Positions 10,555 to 21,771 of a stretch of 64,000 bases of DNA are shown here, one piece after another. Positions within the stretch are counted from its first letter, which is position 1, and every line of letters starts with the position of its first letter. A program made the translations under genes and the position numbers. Source of the stretch: an uncultured virus (IMG/VR IMGVR_UViG_3300043438_000835) (Duplodnaviria; Heunggongvirae; Uroviricota; Caudoviricetes); IMG/VR virus record IMGVR_UViG_3300043438_000835; one strand, given 5' to 3'. The notes beneath the pieces were generated by a model. It did no database searches. It worked only from the letters and a program-made list of their open reading frames with translations, and was not told where the DNA came from.

Positions 10555-12246
10555 ATGCCAATCTATAAAATACAAGCCGGTAGAATAATAACTGTCAATT
10601 CTTACGACTGGGTAGGGGACAAGGGCACAATTTGGTATGATGAGACATTAGGGGACCTACGCATAGGTGACGGCGTTACCCCTGGCGGCAGATTACTGCA
10701 ATTTAATGGTTCGGGTAGTGGCGTTACTATTACAGGCAGCGTATCTAATAGTACTCAATTGGAAACTAGTTACGCAGGCGATTCCGGTGATGGATTTATT
10801 GAAGAAGCCACTGGAAATTTATGGGTATGGGACGGGACAGTTTGGGTTGATGTAGGAAAAATACAAGGCCCTACAGGCTATACAGGTTCGCAGGGTAATA
10901 TTGGCTATACAGGCTCGCGTGGAGATACCGGGTACACTGGATCTCAGGGAAATCTCGGATATACGGGCTACACAGGCAGTCAAGGTTTTACAGGTAGTCA
11001 AGGGAATGTAGGTTATACTGGATCAGTTGGTGATACTGGATTTACTGGTAGTCAAGGCAATACTGGATTTACTGGAAGTGCCGGTGTTGATGGATCAGTT
11101 GGTGATACTGGATTTACTGGTAGTCAAGGCAATACTGGATTTACTGGAAGTGCCGGTGTTGATGGATCAGTTGGTGATACTGGATTTACTGGTAGTCAAG
11201 GCGATATAGGATTTACTGGAAGTGCCGGTGTTGATGGATCAGTTGGTGATACTGGATTTACTGGTAGTCAAGGCGATATAGGATTTACTGGAAGTCGTGG
11301 ATATACTGGATCACAAGGTTTTACCGGATCACAAGGTGAATTAGGATTTACAGGTAGTCAAGGTGATCTAGGTTTTACTGGAAGCATTGGATACTCGGGT
11401 TCACAAGGAGAATTAGGATTTACAGGTAGTCAGGGAAATGTGGGCTATGTGGGTAGTCGAGGTACTGACGGTACTAGTGTACAGATTTTAGGTAGTACTT
11501 CTACCTACGCAACTCTCCCCGGGTCCTATCTAGGAAATATCGGTGATGGATACATTACATCTGATAATGGCCACTTAAACATTTGGGTCGGTGATGATTG
11601 GTTAGATGTTGGAAATATTGTAGGACCGCAGGGAGAGTTAGGGTATACTGGAAGTATTGGTTTTACTGGTAGCCAAGGCATAGATGGATATACTGGTTCA
11701 CAAGGCGATGTGGGCTATGTAGGTTCGAGAGGCAACGTAGGTTATGTAGGTTCGCAGGGAGAAAAAGGCGATGTGGGCTATGTAGGTTCACAAGGCGATG
11801 TGGGCTATGTAGGTTCGAGAGGCAACGTAGGTTATGTAGGTTCGCAAGGAGAAAAAGGTGATGTAGGCAGCGCCGGTGATCTAGGTTATACAGGTAGTAT
11901 TGGATTCACAGGTAGTGCAGGTGTTGACGGTGTAATAGGACGTGATGGTTATACAGGTAGTCAAGGGGACATTGGCTATACAGGTAGTGCCGTAGAAGGT
12001 CTTGTTTCAGACGGTATCGGTTCTATTACTATACAATCGGGTTACACCCTAGTATTTCCAGATGGCTCGGGACAACTGTCAGCTGCACCTAGAATGTATA
12101 CCAATGCAGATGCTGCAAACGGATTAAGCCTAAGCGATCTTAAACCCGGTGACTATTACTATGATGATGTCAATGCTGCTATATTCATTTGTTACGATAC
12201 TGGATTAGGATATTTTGACATATTAGACTTGACAGTGAGAGCATAA
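10555..12246 (+). CDS. fibre protein with Pro-free collagen-like G(Y/F)TGSQ repeats
   Basis: two long Gly-X-Y tracts bounded by G-x-L-x-(V/I)-W-x-G-x-x-W-x-D-V-G-x-I-x-G-P knob motifs. Confidence 0.75.
   Translation: MPIYKIQAGRIITVNSYDWVGDKGTIWYDETLGDLRIGDGVTPGGRLLQFNGSGSGVTITGSVSNSTQLETSYAGDSGDGFIEEATGNLWVWDGTVWVDVGKIQGPTGYTGSQGNIGYTGSRGDTGYTGSQGNLGYTGYTGSQGFTGSQGNVGYTGSVGDTGFTGSQGNTGFTGSAGVDGSVGDTGFTGSQGNTGFTGSAGVDGSVGDTGFTGSQGDIGFTGSAGVDGSVGDTGFTGSQGDIGFTGSRGYTGSQGFTGSQGELGFTGSQGDLGFTGSIGYSGSQGELGFTGSQGNVGYVGSRGTDGTSVQILGSTSTYATLPGSYLGNIGDGYITSDNGHLNIWVGDDWLDVGNIVGPQGELGYTGSIGFTGSQGIDGYTGSQGDVGYVGSRGNVGYVGSQGEKGDVGYVGSQGDVGYVGSRGNVGYVGSQGEKGDVGSAGDLGYTGSIGFTGSAGVDGVIGRDGYTGSQGDIGYTGSAVEGLVSDGIGSITIQSGYTLVFPDGSGQLSAAPRMYTNADAANGLSLSDLKPGDYYYDDVNAAIFICYDTGLGYFDILDLTVRA
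11020..11295 (+). repeat. 72-bp near-perfect tandem repeat, about 3.8 copies, inside the fibre gene
   Basis: units start at 11020, 11092, 11164, 11236 ([24 protein letters not shown]). Confidence 0.9.
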
Positions 12247-12269
12247 TAAAATAGGGTAAATATAATACT

Positions 12270-15200
12270 GTGACCATTTATTACTTTCCCTATCCAACAG
12301 CTCAACCTGCACCCGCTACTGTAGCAGGTGACAATTACTTCGGTGCTCAAGACGCTTATATCAACCAAAACGGCGCTGCCAGAACGGGCGTATTAGGTAC
12401 TGGGTTGTCTGCTGGTAAGATTACACTGGGCAACTACGATTTAACAAAACCTTACCTGGGCGTAACAGGTTCTAGATTTCCCGGTCTAGCTTCACCTCCT
12501 ACTCCGCCTAATATTGTAGCAACGACCTTAGTTCCTACATTGAATTTTACACAAGGCACACTGGCCACCTTTAATCCGGTAAGTGTGTACGGCGGAAGTG
12601 CGATACCAACTGAAATTTTAAATGTTAGTATCAATCCTGCACTGCCTGCTGGACTTGCTATTAAAAAAACTAGAGTTGATCTAAATGTCTCTGGCACTGC
12701 TCCTACTATATCAGGATCTGGAACTTCGTGGTCTGTAACATATCAATATACTTCTAACGGACAAACTCCTGTTGCTGGAAGTTTTTACGCAGTAAGAGGA
12801 CAAACTAAAACCAGCTACAACGGAATATGGGAATGTACTGCTGTTACAGTATCCACAATCACGCTTAGATATAATGCTAATCCTAGTCTAAGCGGAGGAA
12901 CATCACCGATAGGACAGGTTGCGTGGAATACAGGTGCAACTGTTAGTATCACTGATGCTACTGTTAAATCGATAACAGCAGCGGACACAGTTAATTACTG
13001 GTACAACTATCTTGATATTGTTATCGCCGGAACTCCTACAGTAGCATCGCCATCTACTTCATATGTAATGACTTTTACAGATGCTAGCGGTCAAACAGGC
13101 AGTGCAACATTTACATTAGCTGTTGCCGCAGGAGCAACCCAATTGGGTTCTACACTAGACACGGCAAGTAGAACACTTACACAAAATTTATCTATTACCG
13201 CATTTAAACCAGTTAATGGTACAGGCGGAATTGGAACTTTAACATATTCTATCAATCCTGCATTACCTGCAGGACTAACATTTAATACTGCAACAGGATT
13301 TATTTCAGGAACACCATCTGTATCTTTTGCACAGAATAATTTTGTTATTACTGTTAGCGACAGTTCTGGTGCTACTAGCAGTAAGACTTTTAGTTTAGAA
13401 ATACTTCCTCCGGCGCTAATTACTGTACAAAATGTTTCTAGTAGAACTCTAATTAGAACTATTGCGTTCACAGCATTTACTCCAGTAACTGCTAGCGGTG
13501 GTATAACGCCTTTAGCATTTTCAATTAGTCCAGCATTGCCTGCTGGGTTAAGTTTTAACACATCAACTGGGGTAGTATCGGGCACGGCCACTGAAGCCAT
13601 TGCAGCTTCGACTTACACTGTATCAGTTACTGACTCTAGTAGTCCTTCACAAGTTAGCAGCAAAACTTTTAGTTTAACAGTTGAAGCATTACCTGCTCTT
13701 AATTCAACACTACTAGTTGCAACTAGTACATTCATTAAAAATACTACCATTACGGCATTTACTCCAGTATCTGCTAGCGGTGGGTATTTAACTTTATCTT
13801 ATGCAATTAGTCCGGCACTACCTGCTGGATTAACATTCAGTACTACAACTGGTCAAATATCTGGTCGTCCTACTGTTACTTCTACTCAGACGCAGTATAC
13901 AGTTACCATAACGGATCAAGCAACACAAACTACATCAAAACAGTTTACTATTCTAGTTGGCCCACCTGTATTATCAACGACACTGGCGATTTCTTCTAGA
14001 ACATTGATTCAGAATTCGCAAGTTAGTGCTCCCTTTACACCGGTAACTGCAAGTGGTGGCGAAGGTACACTGACATTTGCAATTAGTCCTAGCTTGCCCT
14101 CAGGATTGTCATTTAATACTGCGACTGGACAAATAACAGGATCTTCTACAGTTGTAAGTGCTAACACCAACAACACTGTTACAGTAACTGACAGTAATAG
14201 TACCCCACAGACTAGCAGCAAAACATTTAGTCTTAAAGTAGACCCTGCACCTATATTGATAATTTCCAGTATTGGTACTAAGACACTGGTTCAAAATCTA
14301 GCAGACACTCCTTTTATTCCAATAACTGCAACTGGCGGATTTGGTACACTGACATTTGCAATTAATCCAGCACTCCCTACAGGTTTAAATTTTAACGCAG
14401 CAACTGGACAGGTATCAGGCACCGCTACTATTTTCCGTACTGCTACCAATCATACTGTAACAGTCTCAGATCAGGCTACACAGTCTGCTAGCGAGAGTTT
14501 TAGTTTAACAGTTGAAACGCCTCCATTACAAGCACAACAATCTGTTGCAGGTTCGACACTGATTAGAACTGTACCAATTTCAGCATTTACACCAGTGACT
14601 GCTACAGGCGGGTCTTTAATTTATTCTTACGGCGTAGCACCAAATTTGTCTGCAGGGCTAGCATTTAGCACTTCAACTGGACAGATCACTGGAACCCCTA
14701 CAGTTGTATCAACAGAAACAACTTATACAGTTACTGTTACAGACAGTTTAAGTCAAACAGCCAGCAACACATTTAAAATAACAGTAAATGAGCCGCCACC
14801 ATTAACTACCACTTTGGTTATATCGTCTGCTACATTTAACAGAGTAACCGACACAATCAGCATAGTCCCGGTAAGCGCATCCGGCGGCTTTGGTTCAATA
14901 AGTTTTGCTATTAGCCCAAGTTTGCCCGCAGGATTAAGTTTTAACAGTGGCAACGGTAGAATCAGCGGTGTTGCCACAGTATTAGTTAACCAAACTTATA
15001 CTATTACGGCAAATGATTCTATTGCACAAGTCAGTAGTAAACAATTTAATTTAACGTTGAACAATCCACCTGTTACTGCAACAACGGTGATTGCTTCAAC
15101 TACTGCAACAAGAACAAAAGAAACAACAGCATTTAAACCAGTGAACGGCGCTGGAGGTATTGCTCCTTTGGTTTACAGCATAAGCCCTTCATTACCTGCA

Positions 15201-16892
15201 ACAATGACATTAAATGTCAACACTGGACTCGTTGGCGGTAAACCTAATTCTTTGTTGACAGCTACATCTTTTACTGTTATTGTGTCTGACAGTGTAGGGT
15301 CTTCAAATTCTTCCACATTCTTGTTAACTGTAATAGATCCTCCGCCAGTTAACACTGTGTTGAGTACTGCGTCAGTTGAGCTAGTTATAAGTCAAACGAT
15401 CACACCCGTTATTCCAGTTACTGCCACAGGCGGCGATGGTACACTAGTATTTTCTATCAGCCCGAGTTTGCCAACTGGTTTACAATTTGCCAGCAGCACA
15501 GGAAGAATAACAGGAACACCTGTTGCACTATTAACTTCTACTAATTTTACTGTTACAGTAACTGATAGTTTATCGCAAACCAGCAGTAACACTTTTAGTC
15601 TATCTGTAATCGCACAACCGTTAGTTGCCGTAGTTAATAATCCAACTATTGTATTGACAGAGTATGTTCAAATTACAGCAGTCAGCCCTGTCACTGCTAC
15701 AGGCGGCACTGGATCTAAAACATATAGCATTAGTCCTTCGCTTCCTATCGGATTGACATTTAACACCGCCAGCGGACAAATTACAGGAACCCCTACTACT
15801 GAATCCTCAGCAACTTATACAGTAACTGCATTGGACAGTGTGGGCATAACTGCGTCGGCTAACTTTAACTTAGTAGTAAATGATGCTGTTCCTCCGTCGT
15901 TAGTTGCTGCACCGCAAAACAGCGATGTTGCTTTAGAATTAAACGCTGAAACAGAATTTCAGCCAGTGATCGTGTCCGGGGGCTTTGGTGCAGTTACTTA
16001 TTCTATCAGTCCTAATCTTCCTGCAGGTCTAAGTTTCAACACTGCTACAGGATTTATCACTGGTATTCCTACTGTACTGACGAATTCTGCTGCTTTTACT
16101 GTGACAGTGCAAGACACAGTTCCACAAACAGCATCAGCAACGTTTAATTTAATTGTTGTGTTTACACCTGTTGCCGGCGGCAAGGGCTTTACGGGTAGTA
16201 AAGGTTATACAGGCAGTATTGGATTTACAGGTAGTCAAGGCATTACAGGTTTCACTGGTAGTCAGGGTATTGCCGGCGATTTAGGTTACACAGGTAGTCA
16301 AGGAGTTGGATTTACAGGTAGTCGAGGCGAATCTGGATTTGTGGGATCAGTTGGATACACTGGCAGTATTGGATTTACTGGTAGCCAAGGAGCTGGATTT
16401 ACAGGTAGTCAAGGTGAAACTGGATTTGTGGGATCAGTTGGATACACCGGCAGTCAAGGAACCGGATTCACAGGTAGTCAAGGTGAAACTGGATTTGTAG
16501 GATCAGTTGGATTTATTGGCAGTATTGGATACACCGGCAGTCAAGGATCTGGATTTACCGGTAGTCAAGGTGAAACTGGATTTACCGGAAGTAAGGGCGA
16601 TCTAGGATACACTGGTAGCCAAGGTATCCCGGGTGAATATGCTGCTGTTGGTTACACTGGTAGCGCCGGATCAGGATCTTCTATTAAAATTGTCGATCAA
16701 ACAACTACTATAACTAACACCGTTACAAGTATCACATTCTTAGGGGACGGAGTGTCTGCTGTGTCAAGTGGCACAGGAGCCGTCGTAGTTACTATATCGG
16801 GTGGCAGCGGCGCATCCGGTAATTACGATGGCGGGACTCCGGACTCAAATCATGTGGGCATTACTGCCTTAGATGCAGGCTACATTGTTTAG
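12270..16892 (+). CDS. large virion protein with about 11 tandem putative Ig (He_PIG-like) domains and a C-terminal collagen-like tract
   Basis: repeated PVTASGG...YSISPALPAGLSFNTATGQITGTP...VTVTD units; GFTGSQ tail; GTG start. Confidence 0.8.
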   Translation: MTIYYFPYPTAQPAPATVAGDNYFGAQDAYINQNGAARTGVLGTGLSAGKITLGNYDLTKPYLGVTGSRFPGLASPPTPPNIVATTLVPTLNFTQGTLATFNPVSVYGGSAIPTEILNVSINPALPAGLAIKKTRVDLNVSGTAPTISGSGTSWSVTYQYTSNGQTPVAGSFYAVRGQTKTSYNGIWECTAVTVSTITLRYNANPSLSGGTSPIGQVAWNTGATVSITDATVKSITAADTVNYWYNYLDIVIAGTPTVASPSTSYVMTFTDASGQTGSATFTLAVAAGATQLGSTLDTASRTLTQNLSITAFKPVNGTGGIGTLTYSINPALPAGLTFNTATGFISGTPSVSFAQNNFVITVSDSSGATSSKTFSLEILPPALITVQNVSSRTLIRTIAFTAFTPVTASGGITPLAFSISPALPAGLSFNTSTGVVSGTATEAIAASTYTVSVTDSSSPSQVSSKTFSLTVEALPALNSTLLVATSTFIKNTTITAFTPVSASGGYLTLSYAISPALPAGLTFSTTTGQISGRPTVTSTQTQYTVTITDQATQTTSKQFTILVGPPVLSTTLAISSRTLIQNSQVSAPFTPVTASGGEGTLTFAISPSLPSGLSFNTATGQITGSSTVVSANTNNTVTVTDSNSTPQTSSKTFSLKVDPAPILIISSIGTKTLVQNLADTPFIPITATGGFGTLTFAINPALPTGLNFNAATGQVSGTATIFRTATNHTVTVSDQATQSASESFSLTVETPPLQAQQSVAGSTLIRTVPISAFTPVTATGGSLIYSYGVAPNLSAGLAFSTSTGQITGTPTVVSTETTYTVTVTDSLSQTASNTFKITVNEPPPLTTTLVISSATFNRVTDTISIVPVSASGGFGSISFAISPSLPAGLSFNSGNGRISGVATVLVNQTYTITANDSIAQVSSKQFNLTLNNPPVTATTVIASTTATRTKETTAFKPVNGAGGIAPLVYSISPSLPATMTLNVNTGLVGGKPNSLLTATSFTVIVSDSVGSSNSSTFLLTVIDPPPVNTVLSTASVELVISQTITPVIPVTATGGDGTLVFSISPSLPTGLQFASSTGRITGTPVALLTSTNFTVTVTDSLSQTSSNTFSLSVIAQPLVAVVNNPTIVLTEYVQITAVSPVTATGGTGSKTYSISPSLPIGLTFNTASGQITGTPTTESSATYTVTALDSVGITASANFNLVVNDAVPPSLVAAPQNSDVALELNAETEFQPVIVSGGFGAVTYSISPNLPAGLSFNTATGFITGIPTVLTNSAAFTVTVQDTVPQTASATFNLIVVFTPVAGGKGFTGSKGYTGSIGFTGSQGITGFTGSQGIAGDLGYTGSQGVGFTGSRGESGFVGSVGYTGSIGFTGSQGAGFTGSQGETGFVGSVGYTGSQGTGFTGSQGETGFVGSVGFIGSIGYTGSQGSGFTGSQGETGFTGSKGDLGYTGSQGIPGEYAAVGYTGSAGSGSSIKIVDQTTTITNTVTSITFLGDGVSAVSSGTGAVVVTISGGSGASGNYDGGTPDSNHVGITALDAGYIV

Positions 16893-16924
16893 AATAAATA
16901 TCCTGTCAACTGGAATATATAAAA

Positions 16925-19168
16925 ATGGCAATACAGATTCAATTTAAAAGGGGGACAGCAGCGGAATGGGCTAGCGTTAACCCTGCCCTAGCTGTAGCCG
17001 AAATGGGTATAGAAACAGATACTGATCTGTTTAAAATAGGTAACGGCCAGGACAACTGGCTAGATTTAGACTACGGCGGGATTCGCGGCTATACAGGTAG
17101 TGTAGGTTATGCAGGTAGCGTGGGCAACATTGCAGTCGATAATGTTCTGTATGTTAGTGAAAGCGGCAACGATGCAAATTCTGGAACTGCACTAAATTTA
17201 AGCAAAAGAACTATCAAAGCAGCGTTAGCTATTGCTACTCGCGGTACTACAGTTTTTGTCAAGAGCGGGGACTACACTGAAGCAAATCCTATCACAGTAC
17301 CAGATTTTGTATCTGTAATTGGTGATAATTTAAGATCTGTTACAGTTCGTCCACAAACTCCCACTAACGACTTATTCTACGTAAACAATGGATCTTACCT
17401 AGCACACATGACATTTAAGGATCATGTAAGCCCCTCCGCAGCAGTGGCATTTGATCCGGACGGTAGTGCAGGTGTTATATCTACTAGTCCATATGTGCAA
17501 AACTGCACCAGTATGACCAGCAGCGGTACTGGTATGCGTGTTGACGGGGATCATGCACTGGGTACAAAGAGTATGATGGTTGATGCGTTCACGCAGTATA
17601 ACCAGGGCGGCATCGGCATACATATGTTAAACAGTGGATATGCATCTTTAGTGTCAGTGTTTACCATTTGCTGCGATGTGGGATTTTTGTGTGAAACAGG
17701 CGGATTCTGTTCTATTACCAACAGTAACAGCAGTTTCGGTAACTATGCATTAAAAGCAGTAGGAGTAAGTCCCGCAAAATACACAGGCAAGGTAGTCAGC
17801 ACATCTAGTGGTAGAACAATTACTATTGATAATTTAAGTATTAAACCATCCGTGGGAGATGCTATCAGTTTCGGTACTAGTACATACTATACCATTGTCA
17901 GTGCAACTGCATTTAAAACGGGCAACACAGACATTGTCTATCCTATATTAACAGCAGAAGATGCAGGTTTAAGAAATTCTAGACAAGTTATACTCAACGA
18001 AAAGCCAAAATTACAGGTGATGACTATTAATCATGTTCTTGAAACATTTCCAGGATTTGATTTTAATCAATTCAAGTGCAGTAGAGACGTAGGTGACATT
18101 TTAAATGCTGTGGCATACGACATGGTGTTAAACACTAACTATCAAACTGTGAAAGCAGGCACGAGTTATTATAGAGCAGCAAGTTTAGTAGTCGTAGAAG
18201 ATCAATTAACTGAAACATTAAGTGCTATCAGTTTCTTAAAAACCAAGACACTGGCTTTATTAACTCCGGCAACTACTGCCTATACACGCACATCTAATCT
18301 GTTTGATATATTATTAAACATATTAGAGAATGGCGAATCGGCAGCGCCTGCACTGGCTTATAATACACCAACAGGTGCAAGTACTTCTACTGTTAATGCA
18401 GTTACTTTACTTCAGTCTAATAGAGCATTCATTGCAGAAGAAACTATAGCCTATATTGCTGATGAATATCCTTCTCTTGTCTACAATACAGGCACCTGCA
18501 AGAGAGATGTAGGATATATTATAGATGCAGTAAGTTACGATGTATTATACGGGGGCAATAGTCAGACTGCCGATGCTGCCGATTCCTACTACGACGGAGC
18601 AGTGTTTAGAATACCATTAGAAGAAAAACCTGCTACTATTGCAGCATATGATTTTATCAGTACAATTGTAGATGATTGTATATTAGCAACAGCCGTTACT
18701 CCATTGCAGTCTAGTGTAGTGCAGAATACTAGTACCACAGCAGGAACATCTACTGAATCAGCAAGAGCACAGGCATTAGTAGCAATCGTATCTAACATAT
18801 TAGAAAACGCTTACTCGAGCACAGTTACCTTACAGTCGTCAGTTAGTCCGGCTGTTGCGGACAACACTGTGGTATCATTCCATCAATACAGTCAAATACA
18901 GAGTTCGGCACACAACTTTGAATGGATTGGTGCAGGTATAAACATCAATTCGGCCTTGCCCTATCTAGGCGGTGAACCCAACAGTGATAATCAAGCAGTG
19001 GCATTAGATGGGGGGAAAGTCTACTATACCGGTACAGACCAGCAGGGAGATTTCCGTATTGGTAATGACCTGGTTATAAATAACAGCATAGGAACAATAT
19101 CTGGTAGAACATTTACCAAGAGTCTGTTCGCAGTAATGACGCCATATATACTGGCAATAGGATCCTAA
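16925..19168 (+). CDS. virion protein: Mtd-N-like N-terminus, beta-helix region and two helical CxRD repeats
   Basis: QIQFKRGTAAEWASVNP...EMGIETDT; SPYVQNCTS; KCSRDVGDILNAVAYD and TCKRDVGYIIDAVSYD. Confidence 0.7.
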   Translation: MAIQIQFKRGTAAEWASVNPALAVAEMGIETDTDLFKIGNGQDNWLDLDYGGIRGYTGSVGYAGSVGNIAVDNVLYVSESGNDANSGTALNLSKRTIKAALAIATRGTTVFVKSGDYTEANPITVPDFVSVIGDNLRSVTVRPQTPTNDLFYVNNGSYLAHMTFKDHVSPSAAVAFDPDGSAGVISTSPYVQNCTSMTSSGTGMRVDGDHALGTKSMMVDAFTQYNQGGIGIHMLNSGYASLVSVFTICCDVGFLCETGGFCSITNSNSSFGNYALKAVGVSPAKYTGKVVSTSSGRTITIDNLSIKPSVGDAISFGTSTYYTIVSATAFKTGNTDIVYPILTAEDAGLRNSRQVILNEKPKLQVMTINHVLETFPGFDFNQFKCSRDVGDILNAVAYDMVLNTNYQTVKAGTSYYRAASLVVVEDQLTETLSAISFLKTKTLALLTPATTAYTRTSNLFDILLNILENGESAAPALAYNTPTGASTSTVNAVTLLQSNRAFIAEETIAYIADEYPSLVYNTGTCKRDVGYIIDAVSYDVLYGGNSQTADAADSYYDGAVFRIPLEEKPATIAAYDFISTIVDDCILATAVTPLQSSVVQNTSTTAGTSTESARAQALVAIVSNILENAYSSTVTLQSSVSPAVADNTVVSFHQYSQIQSSAHNFEWIGAGININSALPYLGGEPNSDNQAVALDGGKVYYTGTDQQGDFRIGNDLVINNSIGTISGRTFTKSLFAVMTPYILAIGS

Positions 19169-19171
19169 AAA

Positions 19172-19507
19172 ATGGCAACGCTACCCTTAAATTCGTTTAA
19201 AACTATGGCATTCGAGTTAACAACATCGACGCAGACAATATATGAAACGCCGGCTGATATTACTACCATCGTACTAGGCGCTCAGGCAAACAACATAGGT
19301 AATGACCCAGTTACTGTTAGATTTACCTTGATTAAAAATGATACAAATTTTGTCATGTTAAAAGATTTTGAAATCCCTGTTAATGATGCGGCTGAAGTAA
19401 CTACAGGTAAATTGGTAATCGAAACAGGTTCATCTGTTACTGCCAGCGCCGGTGCCAATAACAGTGTAAATTTAATTCTAAGTATTCTAGAAACAAGCAA
19501 TGAGTAA
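19172..19507 (+). CDS. small beta-sandwich virion/adaptor protein, distantly like 21418 and 23193
   Basis: similar ...NI(G/D)...V.V...(I/V)P..A...(L/I).(L/I)E.G pattern. Confidence 0.6.
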   Translation: MATLPLNSFKTMAFELTTSTQTIYETPADITTIVLGAQANNIGNDPVTVRFTLIKNDTNFVMLKDFEIPVNDAAEVTTGKLVIETGSSVTASAGANNSVNLILSILETSNE

Positions 19508-21416
19508 GAGCAGACTCTTCAGCGGTAAGATAAAAAAGTTAAGCGGAGGGCAACTCTCCGTTGATCGCTACGAATATTTAGATGTAAGTCAAGCGGAACC
19601 TGACTTGGGTCTACCCAACGATGACAATTCTGTATTATTAGGTAGTATCGATGGTTTAAGATATTGGTCACAAACATTAACTAATCTAACTTTAGATTTT
19701 GTTACAATAACTACAGGAACTGTAAGCGGTATCCTATCAATAGTCAATGACACAGAATCTACTAGCACTACAACGGGTGCATTGGTTATTTCTGGCGGCC
19801 TAGGAGTCGGTGGCAATATATACTTTGGCGGTGACCTATATCAGAATGGAACGTTATTCACTAGTGGAATAAATGCCAATTCTACTATAACTGCTGCCAG
19901 CATAGTGTTGACAACTGCAACACAGTCAACATCAACTGTTACGGGCTCATTAGTAGTAGCAGGCGGAGTGGGCATCGGCGGAAACCTATATGTAGGTGGT
20001 GAGATTGTTGCTGAAAAGTTAACAATACAGCTGACTACAATTACTACAACATCTATTGTCACTGATGATGTATTCACAGTGGACAATGATACTAACTCCG
20101 TATCAACAGAAACTGGTGCGTTAGTAGTTGCCGGTGGCGCGGGCATTGGTAAGGATCTACAAATTGCCGGAGAGATATTCAGAAATGGAATCAGTGTAGG
20201 CTACGGATATACTGGATCTAGAGGCTATGACGGATCACAAGGGTATACTGGTAGTCAAGGCGATACGGGATATACAGGTAGCCAAGGAGACCCGGGTACA
20301 GACGGTACTAATGGCTCAGATGGCGCTGATGGTTATACTGGCAGTCAGGGAGATATTGGCTATACTGGTAGTCAGGGATTTACTGGTAGTCAGGGATTTA
20401 CTGGTAGTCAGGGGTTCACTGGTAGTCAAGGTTATACAGGTAGTCAAGGAGATATTGGCTATACCGGAAGTCAAGGATTTACTGGTAGTCAAGGTTATAC
20501 AGGTAGTCAAGGAGATATTGGCTATACCGGAAGTCAAGGATTTACTGGCAGTGTTGGATTTGTGGGTAGTCAAGGAGATATTGGCTATACCGGAAGTCAA
20601 GGATTTACTGGCAGTCAAGGTTATACAGGTAGTCAAGGAGATATTGGCTATACTGGATCACAAGGAGTCGGATTCACTGGTTCGGCAAGCACTGTTATTG
20701 GATATACTGGTAGTCAAGGATATACTGGTAGTCAAGGAAATGACGGAACTTCTGTGGCTATCGTTGGGTCTACTTCTACTTACACTGCGTTACCTGATCC
20801 TTATTCAGGCAATATAGGCGACGGATACATTACAACAGACAATGGATATCTTAATGTTTGGACTGGTTCAACATGGAATGCAGTTGGCAGCATTGTTGGG
20901 CCGCAGGGGGATATTGGCTATACCGGTAGTCAGGGATTTACTGGCAGTGTTGGATTTGTGGGAAGTCAAGGATTCACTGGTAGTCAGGGAGTTGGATTCA
21001 CTGGTAGTCAAGGTATTAATGGATATGACGGAAGTCAAGGATTCACTGGTAGTCAGGGAGTTGGATTCACTGGTAGTCAAGGTATTAATGGATTTGTGGG
21101 TAGTCAAGGATTCACTGGTAGTCAGGGAGTTGGATTCACTGGTAGTCAAGGAGTCGGATTCACTGGTAGTCGAGGAGCAGTAGTAGCAACAATATCTGCG
21201 ACGCCACCAGTCACACCATCATTAGGTGATGTTTGGATTGATACTGACACGGGCATACAATATTTTTATATAGATGACGGCAATTCTACTCAGTGGGTAG
21301 AGTTCAGTAATCCAGGTACTCTTGGATTTACTGGAAGTGTAGGGACAGGCAGCGGGGGCGGCTTAACCGCTTCACAAGTTTATGGACTAGGCACAGTGTT
21401 TAGTTTTGGAGGATAA
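19500..21416 (+). CDS. tail-fibre-like protein with TGALVVAGGVGIG repeats and GYTGSQ collagen-like tracts
   Basis: three STxTGALVxxGGxGxG units; long Gly-X-Y tracts; ends VFSFGG. Confidence 0.75.
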   Translation: MSKSRLFSGKIKKLSGGQLSVDRYEYLDVSQAEPDLGLPNDDNSVLLGSIDGLRYWSQTLTNLTLDFVTITTGTVSGILSIVNDTESTSTTTGALVISGGLGVGGNIYFGGDLYQNGTLFTSGINANSTITAASIVLTTATQSTSTVTGSLVVAGGVGIGGNLYVGGEIVAEKLTIQLTTITTTSIVTDDVFTVDNDTNSVSTETGALVVAGGAGIGKDLQIAGEIFRNGISVGYGYTGSRGYDGSQGYTGSQGDTGYTGSQGDPGTDGTNGSDGADGYTGSQGDIGYTGSQGFTGSQGFTGSQGFTGSQGYTGSQGDIGYTGSQGFTGSQGYTGSQGDIGYTGSQGFTGSVGFVGSQGDIGYTGSQGFTGSQGYTGSQGDIGYTGSQGVGFTGSASTVIGYTGSQGYTGSQGNDGTSVAIVGSTSTYTALPDPYSGNIGDGYITTDNGYLNVWTGSTWNAVGSIVGPQGDIGYTGSQGFTGSVGFVGSQGFTGSQGVGFTGSQGINGYDGSQGFTGSQGVGFTGSQGINGFVGSQGFTGSQGVGFTGSQGVGFTGSRGAVVATISATPPVTPSLGDVWIDTDTGIQYFYIDDGNSTQWVEFSNPGTLGFTGSVGTGSGGGLTASQVYGLGTVFSFGG

Positions 21417-21417
21417 C

Positions 21418-21771
21418 ATGGCAACACCAAATTTATTAAGTTTAACAACAATTACACCAAAAACCGCAGTTCAATCAATAACAACTGCCGCAACTGCTAT
21501 TGTTACCAACAGCACTGCCAGCAACACTGTGTTGAAAATCAGCGCATTATACATTAGTAATGTGGATGGTACAAATAATGAATCCGTCACTGTAGATGTG
21601 TTTAGAAGCAGTGTTGCATATCACATTGCCAAAACTGTAGTTGTACCTGCTGATGCAACACTAGATGTAATTAATAAATCAATTTATCTAGAAGAAGGTG
21701 ATACATTGAGATTGACTGCTGGGGTCAATTCTCGTCTACAGGCAGTGTGCTCATATGAGGAAATTCAGTAA
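21418..21771 (+). CDS. small fibre-associated protein (paralog A)
   Basis: GGAGG RBS; clear paralog of 23193 (PNL...TTIT.KT...VPA.ATL.VI.K...YLEE...CSYE.I). Confidence 0.75.
   Translation: MATPNLLSLTTITPKTAVQSITTAATAIVTNSTASNTVLKISALYISNVDGTNNESVTVDVFRSSVAYHIAKTVVVPADATLDVINKSIYLEEGDTLRLTAGVNSRLQAVCSYEEIQ

Noticed and set aside
10870..21180. CRISPR array or ice-nucleation repeats
   Set aside because: Repeats are in-frame coding Gly-X-Y tracts with no unique spacers; strict 3-residue Gly period rather than the 8/16-residue AGYGSTxT pattern
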